Source of the DNA: Candidatus Multivoraceae bacterium
GTDB taxonomy: Bacteria; Acidobacteriota; Thermoanaerobaculia; Multivoradales; Multivoraceae
Direction: 5' to 3'
Length of the DNA stretch: 64,000 nucleotides
Assembly: GCA_965223385.1 (NCBI GenBank)
Contig: CBDCWR010000004.1
Location: forward strand, 267,258 to 331,257
The notes under the pieces were generated by a model, which saw nothing but the letters and a program-made list of their open reading frames with translations, was not told where the DNA came from and made no database searches. Shown here in pieces: positions 45,375 through 55,265 of this stretch. The stretch's first letter is position 1; the number at the start of each line of letters is the position of its first letter. Position numbers and translations under genes: made by a program.

Positions 45375-46655
45375 TCAGTCGAGTGGTGGTTGAAGCCCTT
45401 TCGGCAGGAGGAGGTAGAGGCGACCCTCGTTCTGCATCCTGCCGGCGATCTCCTCGGCCTCGGCACCGGCTCCCCAGAAGACGTCACCCCGCACCGGCCC
45501 GCGGATCGCTCCGCCGGTGTCCTGCGCGATCAACAGCTGTTGGAGGACCTGGTCTTCCGATCCATCGGCGGCCGGGCTCGATGTGTCCAGCCAGACCGGG
45601 GCGCCGAGCGGCAGGAAGCGACGATCGACCGCCAGCGACCTGCGCGGGGTGAGCGCGACACCTTGGCTTCCGATGGGGCCGTCACCGCGGATCTCCCGGA
45701 AGAACACGAAAGAGCGGTTCGTCGACATCACGGCCTCGGCCTCGTCCGGGTTGTCGTTGAGCCAGTCGCGGATGGACTGCAGCGAGACGGTCTCGCGCGT
45801 GAGCTCACCCCGCTCGATCAGCTCGCGGCCGATGGCGTAGTAGGGGTGCCCGTTCTGGCCGGCGTAGCCCACGCGGGCACGAGAACCGTCCGGTAGGGCG
45901 ACCTGGCCCGAGCCCTGGATCTGCAGAAAGAAGGCGGAGACCGGATCGTCGACCCAGAGCAGCTCGAGACCTCGGCCGCCGAGGGCGCCTCCCCGGATCT
46001 GCTCGCGGTTCCAGTAGGGAAGCAGCTCGCGACCGCGGAGGCGGCCGGCGACGGACCGCCCGGCGAGGTCGTCACGGAAGTCGCCCAGATCCACCGAGAC
46101 GATGTCGTTCGGACGCCGCAGGAGCGGAGTCTGGAACGGGCCGCCCCGGGTCCGGCTGCCGCGGAGCAGCGGCTCGTAGTAGCCGGTGAACAGCCCGGTC
46201 TCGCGGGTGCGGTTCAGAACCTGGAAGGGGCGGAACTCCGCCTCGAGGAAGGCGCGCGCCGCCGCCGCATCGTTCGACGACGGCGTCCGCTCGCAGGCGC
46301 CCAGCCAGTCGGCGATCGTGCCCCCGACCTCCGTCGGCTGTACGGGCCGCTCTTTGCCCAGGAAGCGGTAGCGGGCGCACGTGCGACGCCAGGCCGGCAG
46401 CGCTTCGCCGACGTCGTCTTCCTGCCAACCGGGCAGCTCGTCGAACGACACTTCCCGGAGAGTGCGGTGGTCGGGCTGGGGCCGCGGCATGTTCGCCTGC
46501 GCGGGCGACACCGGAAAGGCCTGCTCGTCGAGCTGGAGCCAGAGGCGCAACCCCAGTGCGCCCGCGACCAGGGTCGTGAGCAGGAAGAAGAGCGCCACCG
46601 CGCGCCACGGGGACGTGCCGTCTGGAGACGTCTGGCTGCCGGTTCGGGCGGGCAT
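45375..46655 (-). CDS. mltA: Membrane-bound lytic murein transglycosylase A
   Basis: N-terminal TM. MltA-domain motifs (FTGYYEP..LRGS, VGYAGQNGHPYYAIGR) and 3D-domain end (AQDTGGAIRGPVRGDVFWGAG). Confidence 0.85.
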   Translation of the reverse strand: MPARTGSQTSPDGTSPWRAVALFFLLTTLVAGALGLRLWLQLDEQAFPVSPAQANMPRPQPDHRTLREVSFDELPGWQEDDVGEALPAWRRTCARYRFLGKERPVQPTEVGGTIADWLGACERTPSSNDAAAARAFLEAEFRPFQVLNRTRETGLFTGYYEPLLRGSRTRGGPFQTPLLRRPNDIVSVDLGDFRDDLAGRSVAGRLRGRELLPYWNREQIRGGALGGRGLELLWVDDPVSAFFLQIQGSGQVALPDGSRARVGYAGQNGHPYYAIGRELIERGELTRETVSLQSIRDWLNDNPDEAEAVMSTNRSFVFFREIRGDGPIGSQGVALTPRRSLAVDRRFLPLGAPVWLDTSSPAADGSEDQVLQQLLIAQDTGGAIRGPVRGDVFWGAGAEAEEIAGRMQNEGRLYLLLPKGLQPPLD

Positions 46656-46678
46656 GATGCGCGTGCGGGCCCGATCGA

Positions 46679-48661
46679 TCAGTTGCTGGGCCCGAGCCAG
46701 CTCCTACGAGCTGCAACCTGCTCGGGTGTCAGATCGCGCCCGAGTGCTTCGAAGGTCACGATCTCGAGCGTCGGGTCCGCCACCAGCTCGACAGTCACCG
46801 ACCTGGTGGTGCCGCGACTGAGGACCTCGATCTCGACCTCGTCCCCGGGGCGCTTCTGCTTCAGCAGATTCTCCACGCCGGCCCTCGTCCGGAGCGGCTT
46901 TCCATCGGCGCGCACCAGGAGGTCCCTGCGGGTGATGCCGGCGCGGTAGAGCGGACTTCCGACAGGAGTGGTGCCACGCACCCGCACACCCTCGTCTCCG
47001 AACGAGAACCGTGCGTTGCCCCAACTCGCCCGCTCGGGTGTAGCCGTGCGCAGAACGAACCCCGCGGCGGCCAGCGGCTCGGTCAGGTCCGGCACCTCGG
47101 ACGCCTCCACGTGACGCGCGAAGAAGGCGCGCGCGAAATCCGCGTCGCCGACCGTCTGGGCGAGCGCGCGCTCCAGATCCGCCAGATCGTAGGGCTTCTC
47201 GCTCCGACCGTGTGCTCGCCAGGCCGTGCGCATGAAGTCGTCGAGGCTCTTGCCCGGGAAGTGGTGCCGGATCTGCAGATCGAGCGCCAGACCCAGGAAT
47301 GCACCGTACGAGTAGTACGACAGGAACGTGTTGCGGTCGTTCGTCGGGTCGAGCCAGGAGGCGGCATCGACGAACGGTGCTCGGCGGCTCATCTCCACCG
47401 GGTTGCGGTACCCGCGCGCCGGGGAGTTGACGATGAAGTGAGTGAGCCCGCCGAAGCGGCCCGCAATCGCCTCCGCATCGAGGATTCCGGCCCGCGCCAG
47501 CACGACGTCGTCGTAGTACGAGGTGAAGCCTTCGCCGAACCAGAGCTCGTCGCTCATGTTGGCCCGCTCGAAGTCGAACGGCTCGAGAGAAGCGGGGCGG
47601 AGCCGCTCGATGCTCCAGGCGTGGACGAACTCGTGTGCGACAGTACCCAGCAGCCCGGCGTTCGTGCGCCCCAGGCCACTGCGACTCGAAAGGACCGTCG
47701 AGTTGCGGTGCTCCATGCCGTCGCCGTCGGCCCACGGCAGGTAGTCCGCGAGGAACGTGTAGGAGCCGCCCTCGAATCGCGGTAGCTCCCCGAAGACGCC
47801 GGTCAGCACCTCGACGATGCGCGCGACATCGCCCACATAGCTGCGCGCGTCCTCCTCGCTGCCCAGGTGGTGGAGCGCGACGCGGATCTGCTGCTGGCCC
47901 GTCGGCAGAGAGCTCGGCTGCCGCGGCGTGCCCCGCTCGATGTCGCCGACGCGGGCGCCCGCCGCGTCGATCGCCCAGGAGTACATTTCCGGGTTGCCGA
48001 TCTCGAGTGGAGAGTCGAGGAGATACTGCAGGTCCGGTGCCTCGAAGACGTGGGCCGCGGCTTCGGCGTTTTCGGCGGCCGCCGGAAACAGCTGGGTGGC
48101 GACGTGGGCCCAGCCCTCCGGCAGGTGGACGCGCACGCGCCACGGCCGGCTCTGCAGCCCGCGTGCCCAGGCGAACGACGCGGGCGCGTTCAAGTGCGCG
48201 TGCGTCCGGTCGATGGCCGCATAGGTGCCGTCGATGCGGTCACCAAAGAGCGTGTAGCGGAACGTCACCTCGCCGTCGTGGTCCGACACGTCCCACTGGT
48301 GCGGGCTCGGACGCTCGACTCTAACTGCGCGACCCTCACGCCCTTCGACGCGCACCGAGTACACGTTCTTGGCGAACTCGTGCAGCGCGTAACGGCCAGG
48401 GCTGCTGCGGCTCATCCGGATCTCGAGCGATTCTGCCTCCACAGCCTGGAACGTGACCTTCACCTCCATCTCGTGATGGACGCGGTTGGGGAACGACAGA
48501 TCGAGGAGGATCGGTGCCGGTGGATCGGTCGCGGCTCCAGGTGCAGCGCAGGCAGTCGCCGCGGCCGCGACGAAAACGGCCGCCTCGAGCCGGCGGCGCC
48601 TACGGGAGGGCGTGGTGGGTCGGCCGTCGCGACCGCGTTTCGGGAGGAACGAGAGGATCAT
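46679..48661 (-). CDS. M61 family (glycyl aminopeptidase-like) metallopeptidase with a C-terminal PDZ domain
   Basis: ATG at residue 188 of the ORF (MILSFLPKRG...). HEXXH in GTVAHEFVHAW. M61-type N-terminal beta domain. PDZ-like tail (GSPLYRAGITRRDLLVRADGKPL). Confidence 0.85.
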   Translation of the reverse strand: MILSFLPKRGRDGRPTTPSRRRRRLEAAVFVAAAATACAAPGAATDPPAPILLDLSFPNRVHHEMEVKVTFQAVEAESLEIRMSRSSPGRYALHEFAKNVYSVRVEGREGRAVRVERPSPHQWDVSDHDGEVTFRYTLFGDRIDGTYAAIDRTHAHLNAPASFAWARGLQSRPWRVRVHLPEGWAHVATQLFPAAAENAEAAAHVFEAPDLQYLLDSPLEIGNPEMYSWAIDAAGARVGDIERGTPRQPSSLPTGQQQIRVALHHLGSEEDARSYVGDVARIVEVLTGVFGELPRFEGGSYTFLADYLPWADGDGMEHRNSTVLSSRSGLGRTNAGLLGTVAHEFVHAWSIERLRPASLEPFDFERANMSDELWFGEGFTSYYDDVVLARAGILDAEAIAGRFGGLTHFIVNSPARGYRNPVEMSRRAPFVDAASWLDPTNDRNTFLSYYSYGAFLGLALDLQIRHHFPGKSLDDFMRTAWRAHGRSEKPYDLADLERALAQTVGDADFARAFFARHVEASEVPDLTEPLAAAGFVLRTATPERASWGNARFSFGDEGVRVRGTTPVGSPLYRAGITRRDLLVRADGKPLRTRAGVENLLKQKRPGDEVEIEVLSRGTTRSVTVELVADPTLEIVTFEALGRDLTPEQVAARRSWLGPSN

Positions 48662-48844
48662 GCAGTGTGCTCGGCCGGTGGAGGTCGAGTCTGGCCTTTC
48701 GACCAGGGCGAGTCTACTCGTGGCTGCGCGCCGAGATCCGCGGTCGAGATCCGGGACCGGACGCTGCCGGTCGCTCGCGCTTTCTCTGGGACGGTGGATC
48801 GAGCGGCGGGCCCCGACCTGCGCCTGCTGTACGCTGGAGGATCG

Positions 48845-49159
48845 ATGGACCTCCTGAACCAGACCTCGACCTTGTTTCTCGTCGGCCTCGTCGTGGGGGT
48901 CGGAAGCGCGAGCCTCGGTGCCATCCTCGACCGCCGACGGGCGAGGAAGCGAGACGGTGAGCCGATGCGTGGGCTGCCCCCGCTTCTCCTGGTGTTCGTC
49001 GGAATCCTGGCCCTCGTCGGCGCCGTCGTGGGCGCCCTCTCTCTCTTCCTCGCCGGGAGCCTGCGGCCGGCATGGATCGTCGGTCTCGGGGTGGGCGTCG
49101 GCTTCTTTCTGGGCTTCCTCATTTCCTTTCTCGGCGCGATCCTCGTCGGGGGCGACTGA
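48845..49159 (+). CDS. Small integral membrane protein (3 TM)
   Basis: MDLLNQTSTLFLVGLVVGVGSASLGAIL...LLLVFVGILALVGAVVGALSLFLAG...GVGVGFFLGFLISFLGAILVGG. GGAGG lies 4 nt upstream. Confidence 0.5.
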   Translation: MDLLNQTSTLFLVGLVVGVGSASLGAILDRRRARKRDGEPMRGLPPLLLVFVGILALVGAVVGALSLFLAGSLRPAWIVGLGVGVGFFLGFLISFLGAILVGGD

Positions 49160-49239
49160 CCCGAAGGACTTTCCCCTGCGAAGCCGGGGAGACTCTCCGA
49201 AGGTCGGACGCGACCCATTCACCGCTGCCCGGAGACGCC

Positions 49240-50391
49240 ATGTACAGAGAGCTCGCGAGCCCCCATTCCACCCCCGAGCGCACCGCGTTCCGCGACAACG
49301 TGCGGCGCTTCGTCGCCCAGGAGGTGACGCCTTTCATCGACGCGTGGGACGAGGCCGAGACCTTCCCGCGCGAGCTCTACGAGAAGGCCGGCGAGGTCGA
49401 CCTCTTCGGACTGGGCATCGGCGAGGAGTACGGCGGCCTCGGCTTCTACGATGCGTTCATGGCGGCGGCGCTCAGCGAGGAGTTCGCGCGCTGCGGCTCC
49501 GGCGGCCTGCAGGCCAGTCTCTTCAGCTGCTACATCTCGCAGGGGCTCATCCACAAGCTCGGGCGGGAAGAGGTCAAGAAGCGCACCCTGCCGCGGGTCA
49601 TGACGGGCGAGAAGATCGCGGCGTTGGCCGTGACAGAGCCCTCGGGTGGCAGCGACGTCGCCCGGCTGCAGACGCGTGCGGTGCGCGACGGCGACGACTG
49701 GGTGCTGAACGGCAGCAAGACGTTCATCACCTCGGGCATGCGGGCCGACTACTACGTGGTCGCCGCGCGCACGGGTGGTGAGGGCATGCGAGGCATCTCG
49801 CTGTTCCTGGTCGAGAAGGGGATGGAGGGATTCACGCAGACCGAGCTCAAGAAGCAGGGGTGGTGGTGCTCCGACACGGCGACCCTCTACTTCCAGGACG
49901 TCCGCGTTCCGGCCGAGAACCTCCTCGGGGAGGAGAACCACGGCTTCATCGAGGCGATGAACAACTTCAACCTCGAGCGGATGACCATGGCCGCCAACGC
50001 CGTCGGCTCGTGCAAGACGTTGCGCGACGCCGCCTGGGAGTACGCCGCGCAGCGCGAGACCTTCGGCACGACGCTCCTCTCCCACCAGGCGATCCGCCAC
50101 AAGCTGGTCGAGATGACCGCGCGCACGAACTGCGTGGAGGCCTACCTCGAACGTGTCTGCTGGCGCCTCAACGAGGGGGACATGCCGGCGGGGGACATCG
50201 CCATGCTCAAGGTGCAGGCGACCACCACCCTCGAGTTCTGCGCGCGCGAGGCGAGTCAGATCCTCGGAGGTGCGAGCTACCTGCGCGGCAACCCGGTCGA
50301 GCGCATCTACCGCGAGGTTCGGGTCATGGCGATCGGCGGCGGGTCGGAAGAGGTGATGCGCGACCTGGCCGCCCGCCAGATGCAGATGTAG
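49240..50391 (+). CDS. Acyl-CoA dehydrogenase
   Basis: MYRELASPHSTPERTAFRDNVRRFV... Motifs ALAVTEPSGGSD, GSKTFITSG and QILGGASYLRGNPVERIYREVR. Confidence 0.9.
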   Translation: MYRELASPHSTPERTAFRDNVRRFVAQEVTPFIDAWDEAETFPRELYEKAGEVDLFGLGIGEEYGGLGFYDAFMAAALSEEFARCGSGGLQASLFSCYISQGLIHKLGREEVKKRTLPRVMTGEKIAALAVTEPSGGSDVARLQTRAVRDGDDWVLNGSKTFITSGMRADYYVVAARTGGEGMRGISLFLVEKGMEGFTQTELKKQGWWCSDTATLYFQDVRVPAENLLGEENHGFIEAMNNFNLERMTMAANAVGSCKTLRDAAWEYAAQRETFGTTLLSHQAIRHKLVEMTARTNCVEAYLERVCWRLNEGDMPAGDIAMLKVQATTTLEFCAREASQILGGASYLRGNPVERIYREVRVMAIGGGSEEVMRDLAARQMQM

Positions 50392-50817
50392 CTACTCTCC
50401 GCGATCGCGCAGCCGGAGGTGCGCCACGGTCCCCACCGCGATCGGCAGGAGTGCGACCAGGTCCACGGCCACGACACGCTCGAGCTCCGCGTGGAGGTCC
50501 CCTACCTGGCGCGACAGGAGCACGAACGTGCCCACCGTGATCCAGGCAGCCGCGAGCGCGGCGCCATGCAGCTCGCGCTTCCAGGCTGCGGCCAGAAAGA
50601 AGAGCCCGACCAGGCCGAAGAGAACCGCGCGGTGTCGCATCAGCAGCACGAGGTTCGGGTCTTCGAGGGTGACGCCGTACAGCGCCTGGAGCTGGCTTGC
50701 TCCGAGCGCGCCGGACAGCGGCGGCAGATGCACGAGCGCGAGCAGGAACAGGAGGCCGCTGACGGCGCGCCGCGCGTTGGAGCTGGGCCGGGTCGAGGTT
50801 TCGCGCGAGTGGGTCAT
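50392..50817 (-). CDS. Hypothetical 4-TM membrane protein
   Basis: ATG at residue 221 of the ORF. Hydrophobic segments (LLFLLALVHLPPL, AVLFGLVGLFFLAAAW, AALAAAWITVGTFVLL, VALLPIAVGTVA). Confidence 0.45.
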   Translation of the reverse strand: MTHSRETSTRPSSNARRAVSGLLFLLALVHLPPLSGALGASQLQALYGVTLEDPNLVLLMRHRAVLFGLVGLFFLAAAWKRELHGAALAAAWITVGTFVLLSRQVGDLHAELERVVAVDLVALLPIAVGTVAHLRLRDRGE

Positions 50818-50852
50818 GCCACGAGCTTCGCGGCCGCGCCTGACGGGGGCAA

Positions 50853-51953
50853 CTACCTGGCAGGTAACTCCGGAAGCTCTTTCATGAGGGCGCGGAGCCC
50901 GGCGCGCCTCGCGTCGGTGTCGCCCCGTTCGCTCCCCAGCAGGTAGGGCTCCCAGCCTTTGCGGATCGCCGGCAGGAAACGTCCGCTCCCGCGCTCCCAG
51001 ATGCCGAAGCGCTCCGCGTAGGGAACGTGATCCGCAACGGCAGCGCGCACGGCCTCGCCGGCCGTGAAGAAGAGGATCGCGTGCGACAGTCCGCGAGGGA
51101 AGCGCACGCCCTCGGCCCTGGCCGCGTCGACCATCTCGTCGAAGAAGCTCCCATCCCACTGGTGCATCGCCTCGTGAAACGTGATCTCCAGGCCCACGAG
51201 CGTGCCGCGCAGGCGCGTGTCCAGGCTCGAGACGACGAGCAGTTGGCCGGTCGTCGAGTACGCGCCGGCCCAATTGCAGTAGCCGGACAGCTGCACCGGG
51301 TAGCCGCCCTCCGTCCAGCGCTCGCCGTAGGCCTCCTCGACGAAGCGCTGGACCTGCGCACCGTGCTGCGCGAGGAGAGGCAGGGCCTCGCTCTCGAACC
51401 GACGGTTGGCCGCCCGGTGCTCCGGCCACCAGACTCTGGAGTAGAGCGGAGCTGCCGCGCCGAGAGCCTCGGCCCATTCAGACACGACCACGTCCCCAGC
51501 CGCCGCGCGGAGCGCCTCCGGCCCTGCGTCCGGCGCGACGTCGCCCTCGGTGAGCGATGCGAGCGCTCCCGTGGCTGCAGAGAGCTCGTCGTCGAAGACC
51601 GTGTCGAGCTGGCTGACCGTCTCGGCGTAGGCGGTCACCGCCGCCTGCCACGCCGACCGCTCCGCGTCGGTTGCGCCCTCCAGGCCGCGCTCCTGGTCGC
51701 CGGGGGCGCGGACCACCGCGGCCCGGGTCGAGTCGCGAGTGTTCGCCTCCGCGCGGCCGAGCACGTAGAGGAAGTGGTGCAGGTTGAGCCAGAAGCCTTC
51801 GGTCTCGAAACGGAAGATGGGTGCGTCGCCCTGGGTCTGCGCGAAGGCCGGGTGCGAAGCCCTCGTCAGGGCGCCGCTTCCGGTGAGCGCCAGGGTCCAG
51901 AGGAGGGCCTCTCTGCGCGAGATCGGGCACGAAGACTTGATATGTGGGTGCAT
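50853..51953 (-). CDS. Tat-signal periplasmic protein with an HEXXH motif (putative metallo-hydrolase)
   Basis: ATG at residue 55 (AAGGAG upstream). Twin-arginine signal SRREALLWTLALTGSGAL. HEAMH in LEITFHEAMHQWD. Confidence 0.55.
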   Translation of the reverse strand: MHPHIKSSCPISRREALLWTLALTGSGALTRASHPAFAQTQGDAPIFRFETEGFWLNLHHFLYVLGRAEANTRDSTRAAVVRAPGDQERGLEGATDAERSAWQAAVTAYAETVSQLDTVFDDELSAATGALASLTEGDVAPDAGPEALRAAAGDVVVSEWAEALGAAAPLYSRVWWPEHRAANRRFESEALPLLAQHGAQVQRFVEEAYGERWTEGGYPVQLSGYCNWAGAYSTTGQLLVVSSLDTRLRGTLVGLEITFHEAMHQWDGSFFDEMVDAARAEGVRFPRGLSHAILFFTAGEAVRAAVADHVPYAERFGIWERGSGRFLPAIRKGWEPYLLGSERGDTDARRAGLRALMKELPELPAR

Positions 51954-52146
51954 GGCGCTCCTTGCTGTGCGACGTGCAGACGCCGCATTCGGAGGGATCT
52001 TGTCCTTGGTACGGGCGCCAGGCCTCGTCGTTTGGTCCCACCCAGTAAGATCGTACAAAGGTCTCGAGACGAACAGGGCCGAGTTGGTGCGGTCTCCGTC
52101 GTTTTTTCGACACACCTTCTCAATGGGCGGCCGTTGCGCTCCGACC

Positions 52147-54834
52147 CTAGTCGTCCTGCCGCAGGGTCCTCGCCGGGTCGATCCGCGCCGCTCGCTGCGC
52201 TGGGATCCAGCTTGCGAGCAGGGCGACCAACGTCAGCAGGCCTGGGACCCCGAGCAGGGTCCAGGGGTCGCTACGCTCGACGCCGTAGAGCTGGCTCGCC
52301 AGGGCGCCGGAAAGGCCCGCACCTCCCAGAACACCCAGCGCGCAGCCGAGGCCGACCAGGAGCAGGCCTTTTCGAATCACCTGGCCCGTGACCTGGGACG
52401 CGTTGGCGCCGAGAGCGATGCGCACGCCGATCTCACGGCTGCGACGCTGAACGGAGAAGGCGAGCATGCCGTAGGTTCCGAGCGCCGAGAGGAGGAGTGC
52501 GACGGCTGCAAAGGCCGTCAGCAGGGATGTGGTGAAGCGGCGCTGCGCGAGCGTGTGGTCGAGTAGTGCGTCCATGGGCAGAACGCGGTCGAGCGGCATT
52601 TCGGGGTCCACCCCCCAGATCGCCTCTCGGACGAGAGGCAGGAGCGCGTCGAGCGGGCCCGTGTGGCGCACCAGGAGGTTCATCTCCACGATCGGCTGCT
52701 GGGCGTGGGCGAAGTACAGAGCCGGGCGTGGCTCCGTGTCGCTGCGCCCCTCGAACCGGACGTCTGCGACCACGCCGACGATCTCGTAGTCGTCGGGACC
52801 GGCGTTCCACCAGTGGGTGTAGTCGATTCTCTCGCCGAGCACGGTCTGCTCGGGCTCGAAGTAGGTCCGGACGAAGCTCTCGTTCACCACGACGGCACCT
52901 GGAGCCGACGCCACGTCGCGGGCGTCGATGGCGCGGCCCTCGAGCAGGGTGGCTCCGACGGTCGTGAAGTACCCGGGCGTGACGGGTCGGAATCGCGCGT
53001 CCGGCTCATTGCCGGGAGCCGGCTCCGGGCGGCTCTGGAATCGGAAGGTGGTTCCCCATCCGGCGTCGAGCGGATGGCGGTAGGCGGCGGCGGTCCCCAC
53101 CACGCCGGGGAGGGCGCGGACGCGCTCGGCCACGTCTGCGTAGAAGGTGACCGCGCGCGGCCACTCGGGCGACACGTAGGGCAGGTCGAGCTCCATCGAG
53201 ACGGCGACCAGACCGTCGTCCCGAAAGCCCGGGTCCACGTTCAGCGCGGCCCAGAAGCTCCGCAGCAGGAGCCCCGCCCCCAGCAGCAAGACGACTGCCA
53301 TAGCCACCTGAGCGACCACGAGTGCCTGACGCAAGGTCGGCCGCTCGTCGAACGTGCGTGCCTTAATTCCGGAGCGCGTTCCGCGGCGGGCTGCGCGGAG
53401 CGCTGGAGCGGTACCGAAGACCAGTGCGGAGACAGTGGCGAGACCGAGGCAGTACGCCATGACGTGCGGCTGAAGTCCGGCCTCGCCGAGGCGAGGAATG
53501 GAGCTCGGGGCGAGCACCAGTGCGACGCGGAGAAGGCCCCAGGCGACCGCAATCCCGGCCAGACCGCCGGCCACCGCCAGAACGAGACTCTCGGTGAACA
53601 GCTGCCGAAAGAGCCTGGAGAGTCCCGCCCCGAGCGCAGAGCGCACGGCAAGCTCGCTCTGGCGTGCGACGGATCGGCCGAGGAGGAGGCTCGAGACGTT
53701 GGTGCACACCAGGAGCAGGACGAGACCCACGGCTCCGAACAGGAGGTTGAGCGTGGACCGCACGTTGTGGACCATGGAGTCCCGCGCCGGCTCCACCCAC
53801 ATCCCCTGCTCGGCGTTCGAGTCCGGAAAGCTCTGAGCTAGGTCACGGGCGATGCTCCGGGTCTCGTCGAGCGCAGCCGCAAGATTGGCGCCCGGTGCAA
53901 GTCGCGCCACGACGCGGGCGCGGTGGATGCCGCGCAGGTTGCTCACCTCTCCGGAGGGGCTTGTCTCCCAGGGGATCCAGAGCTGTGCTCGCGCGTCGGG
54001 GAGCATGTCGCCGCCGCCCGAGCGCTCGAGGCTCGCCGGCAGCACGCCGACCACCTCGTACGGCTGACCGTTGAGACGCAGGCTGGTCCCGAGGACGTCC
54101 GGAGACGCATCAAAGCGCCGTCGCCAGAATCCGTGCGAGAGCACAGCCACCCTGGGTGCGCCGGGGGTGTCTTCCTCGGCAGTGAAACCGCGTCCCAGCG
54201 GCAGCTGCAGCCCGAGCGTGTCGAACATGGATGCGGTGACCGAGTTCGCAACGAGACGCGTCGGCTCGACATCCTGCCCGGTGAAGCTCGGACCGGTGGG
54301 TTCCCACGCGGCCAGATGGGAGAACTGCGTCGTGCGCTCGGCGAGATCGCGGTAATCGGGAATGGAGATCTGGTTGCGATCGTGAGGCGCGTCGAGCTCG
54401 TGGTTGTGTACCAGAACGAGCTGCTCCGCTTGGGGGAACGGCAGAGGCCTCAGAATCACGGCGTCGAGGATGCTGAAGATGGCACCGTTGGCCCCGACGC
54501 CGAGGGCGAGCGTGGACACCGCGACCAGCGCGAAGCCCGGAGTCTGACGGAGGGCGCGGGCGCTCTGCCGGAGGTCGAGGAGGAAGGCTTGGAGCATGGA
54601 GTCACCCTGCGCGCGGGTGTCGTTTCGGGACCGGCTGAAGCGGTGTCGCGCGAGCGAGGGGAGCGAGCGAAGGACCTGTCGGCGGTACCACCTCCGGGCT
54701 GCCGCCGGCCCGTTATCGAGCGCCCGACGGTGGAACTCCTCGTCGAGGTCGCCGAGCACGAACTCCGAGGCCTCGTCGGTTGCGACCCACTCGAGGAGAC
54801 GTTGCCAGCGCGCGGGAGGTGCCGGCAGGCTCAT
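52147..54834 (-). CDS. Duplicated FtsX/MacB-type ABC permease (ADOP-like duplicated orphan permease)
   Basis: ATG at residue 139 overlaps the padR stop (ATGA). There are two MacB_PCD + FtsX 4-TM modules (LRQTPGFALVAVSTLALGVGANGAIFS ... second module ending RTLRQDD). Confidence 0.85.
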   Translation of the reverse strand: MSLPAPPARWQRLLEWVATDEASEFVLGDLDEEFHRRALDNGPAAARRWYRRQVLRSLPSLARHRFSRSRNDTRAQGDSMLQAFLLDLRQSARALRQTPGFALVAVSTLALGVGANGAIFSILDAVILRPLPFPQAEQLVLVHNHELDAPHDRNQISIPDYRDLAERTTQFSHLAAWEPTGPSFTGQDVEPTRLVANSVTASMFDTLGLQLPLGRGFTAEEDTPGAPRVAVLSHGFWRRRFDASPDVLGTSLRLNGQPYEVVGVLPASLERSGGGDMLPDARAQLWIPWETSPSGEVSNLRGIHRARVVARLAPGANLAAALDETRSIARDLAQSFPDSNAEQGMWVEPARDSMVHNVRSTLNLLFGAVGLVLLLVCTNVSSLLLGRSVARQSELAVRSALGAGLSRLFRQLFTESLVLAVAGGLAGIAVAWGLLRVALVLAPSSIPRLGEAGLQPHVMAYCLGLATVSALVFGTAPALRAARRGTRSGIKARTFDERPTLRQALVVAQVAMAVVLLLGAGLLLRSFWAALNVDPGFRDDGLVAVSMELDLPYVSPEWPRAVTFYADVAERVRALPGVVGTAAAYRHPLDAGWGTTFRFQSRPEPAPGNEPDARFRPVTPGYFTTVGATLLEGRAIDARDVASAPGAVVVNESFVRTYFEPEQTVLGERIDYTHWWNAGPDDYEIVGVVADVRFEGRSDTEPRPALYFAHAQQPIVEMNLLVRHTGPLDALLPLVREAIWGVDPEMPLDRVLPMDALLDHTLAQRRFTTSLLTAFAAVALLLSALGTYGMLAFSVQRRSREIGVRIALGANASQVTGQVIRKGLLLVGLGCALGVLGGAGLSGALASQLYGVERSDPWTLLGVPGLLTLVALLASWIPAQRAARIDPARTLRQDD

Positions 54835-55169
54835 CGCGACACCTCGGCCAGTGTCTCGAGCTCGTCTTCCAGTCCTGCAGCCATGTCTCGCAGGGCACGA
54901 TGCGACTGCCCGAGCGCCCGCGCTCCCAGCGGCTCCATTCGATAGTGCTTCTTGCGCCGGCCGCCGCGCTCCGGGGTCGGCTCCCCGACCCTCGAGCTCA
55001 CGAAGCCCTTCTGCTCGAGGCGCGCGAGGATCGTGTAGAGCGCCCCGGCTGCTATGTTGCGCCCCGCGCGATCGTTGATCTCCTGCCGAATCGATGCCCC
55101 GTACGCGGTGTCGCCCAACCGGATCAGCGCCAGCAGGATCAGGTGCTCGAGCTCGCCGATGTTCTTCAT
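54831..55169 (-). CDS. PadR-family transcriptional regulator
   Basis: ELEHLILLALIRLGDTAYGASIRQEI...GALYTILARLEQKGFVSS...RRKKHYRM, a winged-HTH PadR signature. Confidence 0.9.
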   Translation of the reverse strand: MKNIGELEHLILLALIRLGDTAYGASIRQEINDRAGRNIAAGALYTILARLEQKGFVSSRVGEPTPERGGRRKKHYRMEPLGARALGQSHRALRDMAAGLEDELETLAEVSR

Positions 55170-55179
55170 GTCTTATTTG

Positions 55180-55191
55180 TACTTCAAAGTA
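55180..55191. promoter_or_regulatory. Candidate operator/promoter palindrome TACTTCAAAGTA in the AT-rich padR / aminotransferase divergent intergenic region
   Basis: This is the only AT-rich patch (TCTTATTTGTACTTCAAAGTAGTTGTTATG) in the 96-bp divergent region. It is an imperfect 5+2+5 inverted repeat. Confidence 0.25.
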
Positions 55192-55265
55192 GTTGTTATG
55201 GGCAAGCCGCCGCGGGCGAAGTGCAGTATCTTGAGCGCGCCGTCGCACCCAGAGCGGAGAATCCG

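Noticed and set aside
45056-45487. 143-aa minus ORF in the 420-bp gap between mltA and pntAA (PPIFWSPDWKPPPRRF...)
   Set aside because: There is no in-frame ATG/GTG/TTG downstream of the mltA stop. GC3 is only moderate, and the start would lie inside mltA.
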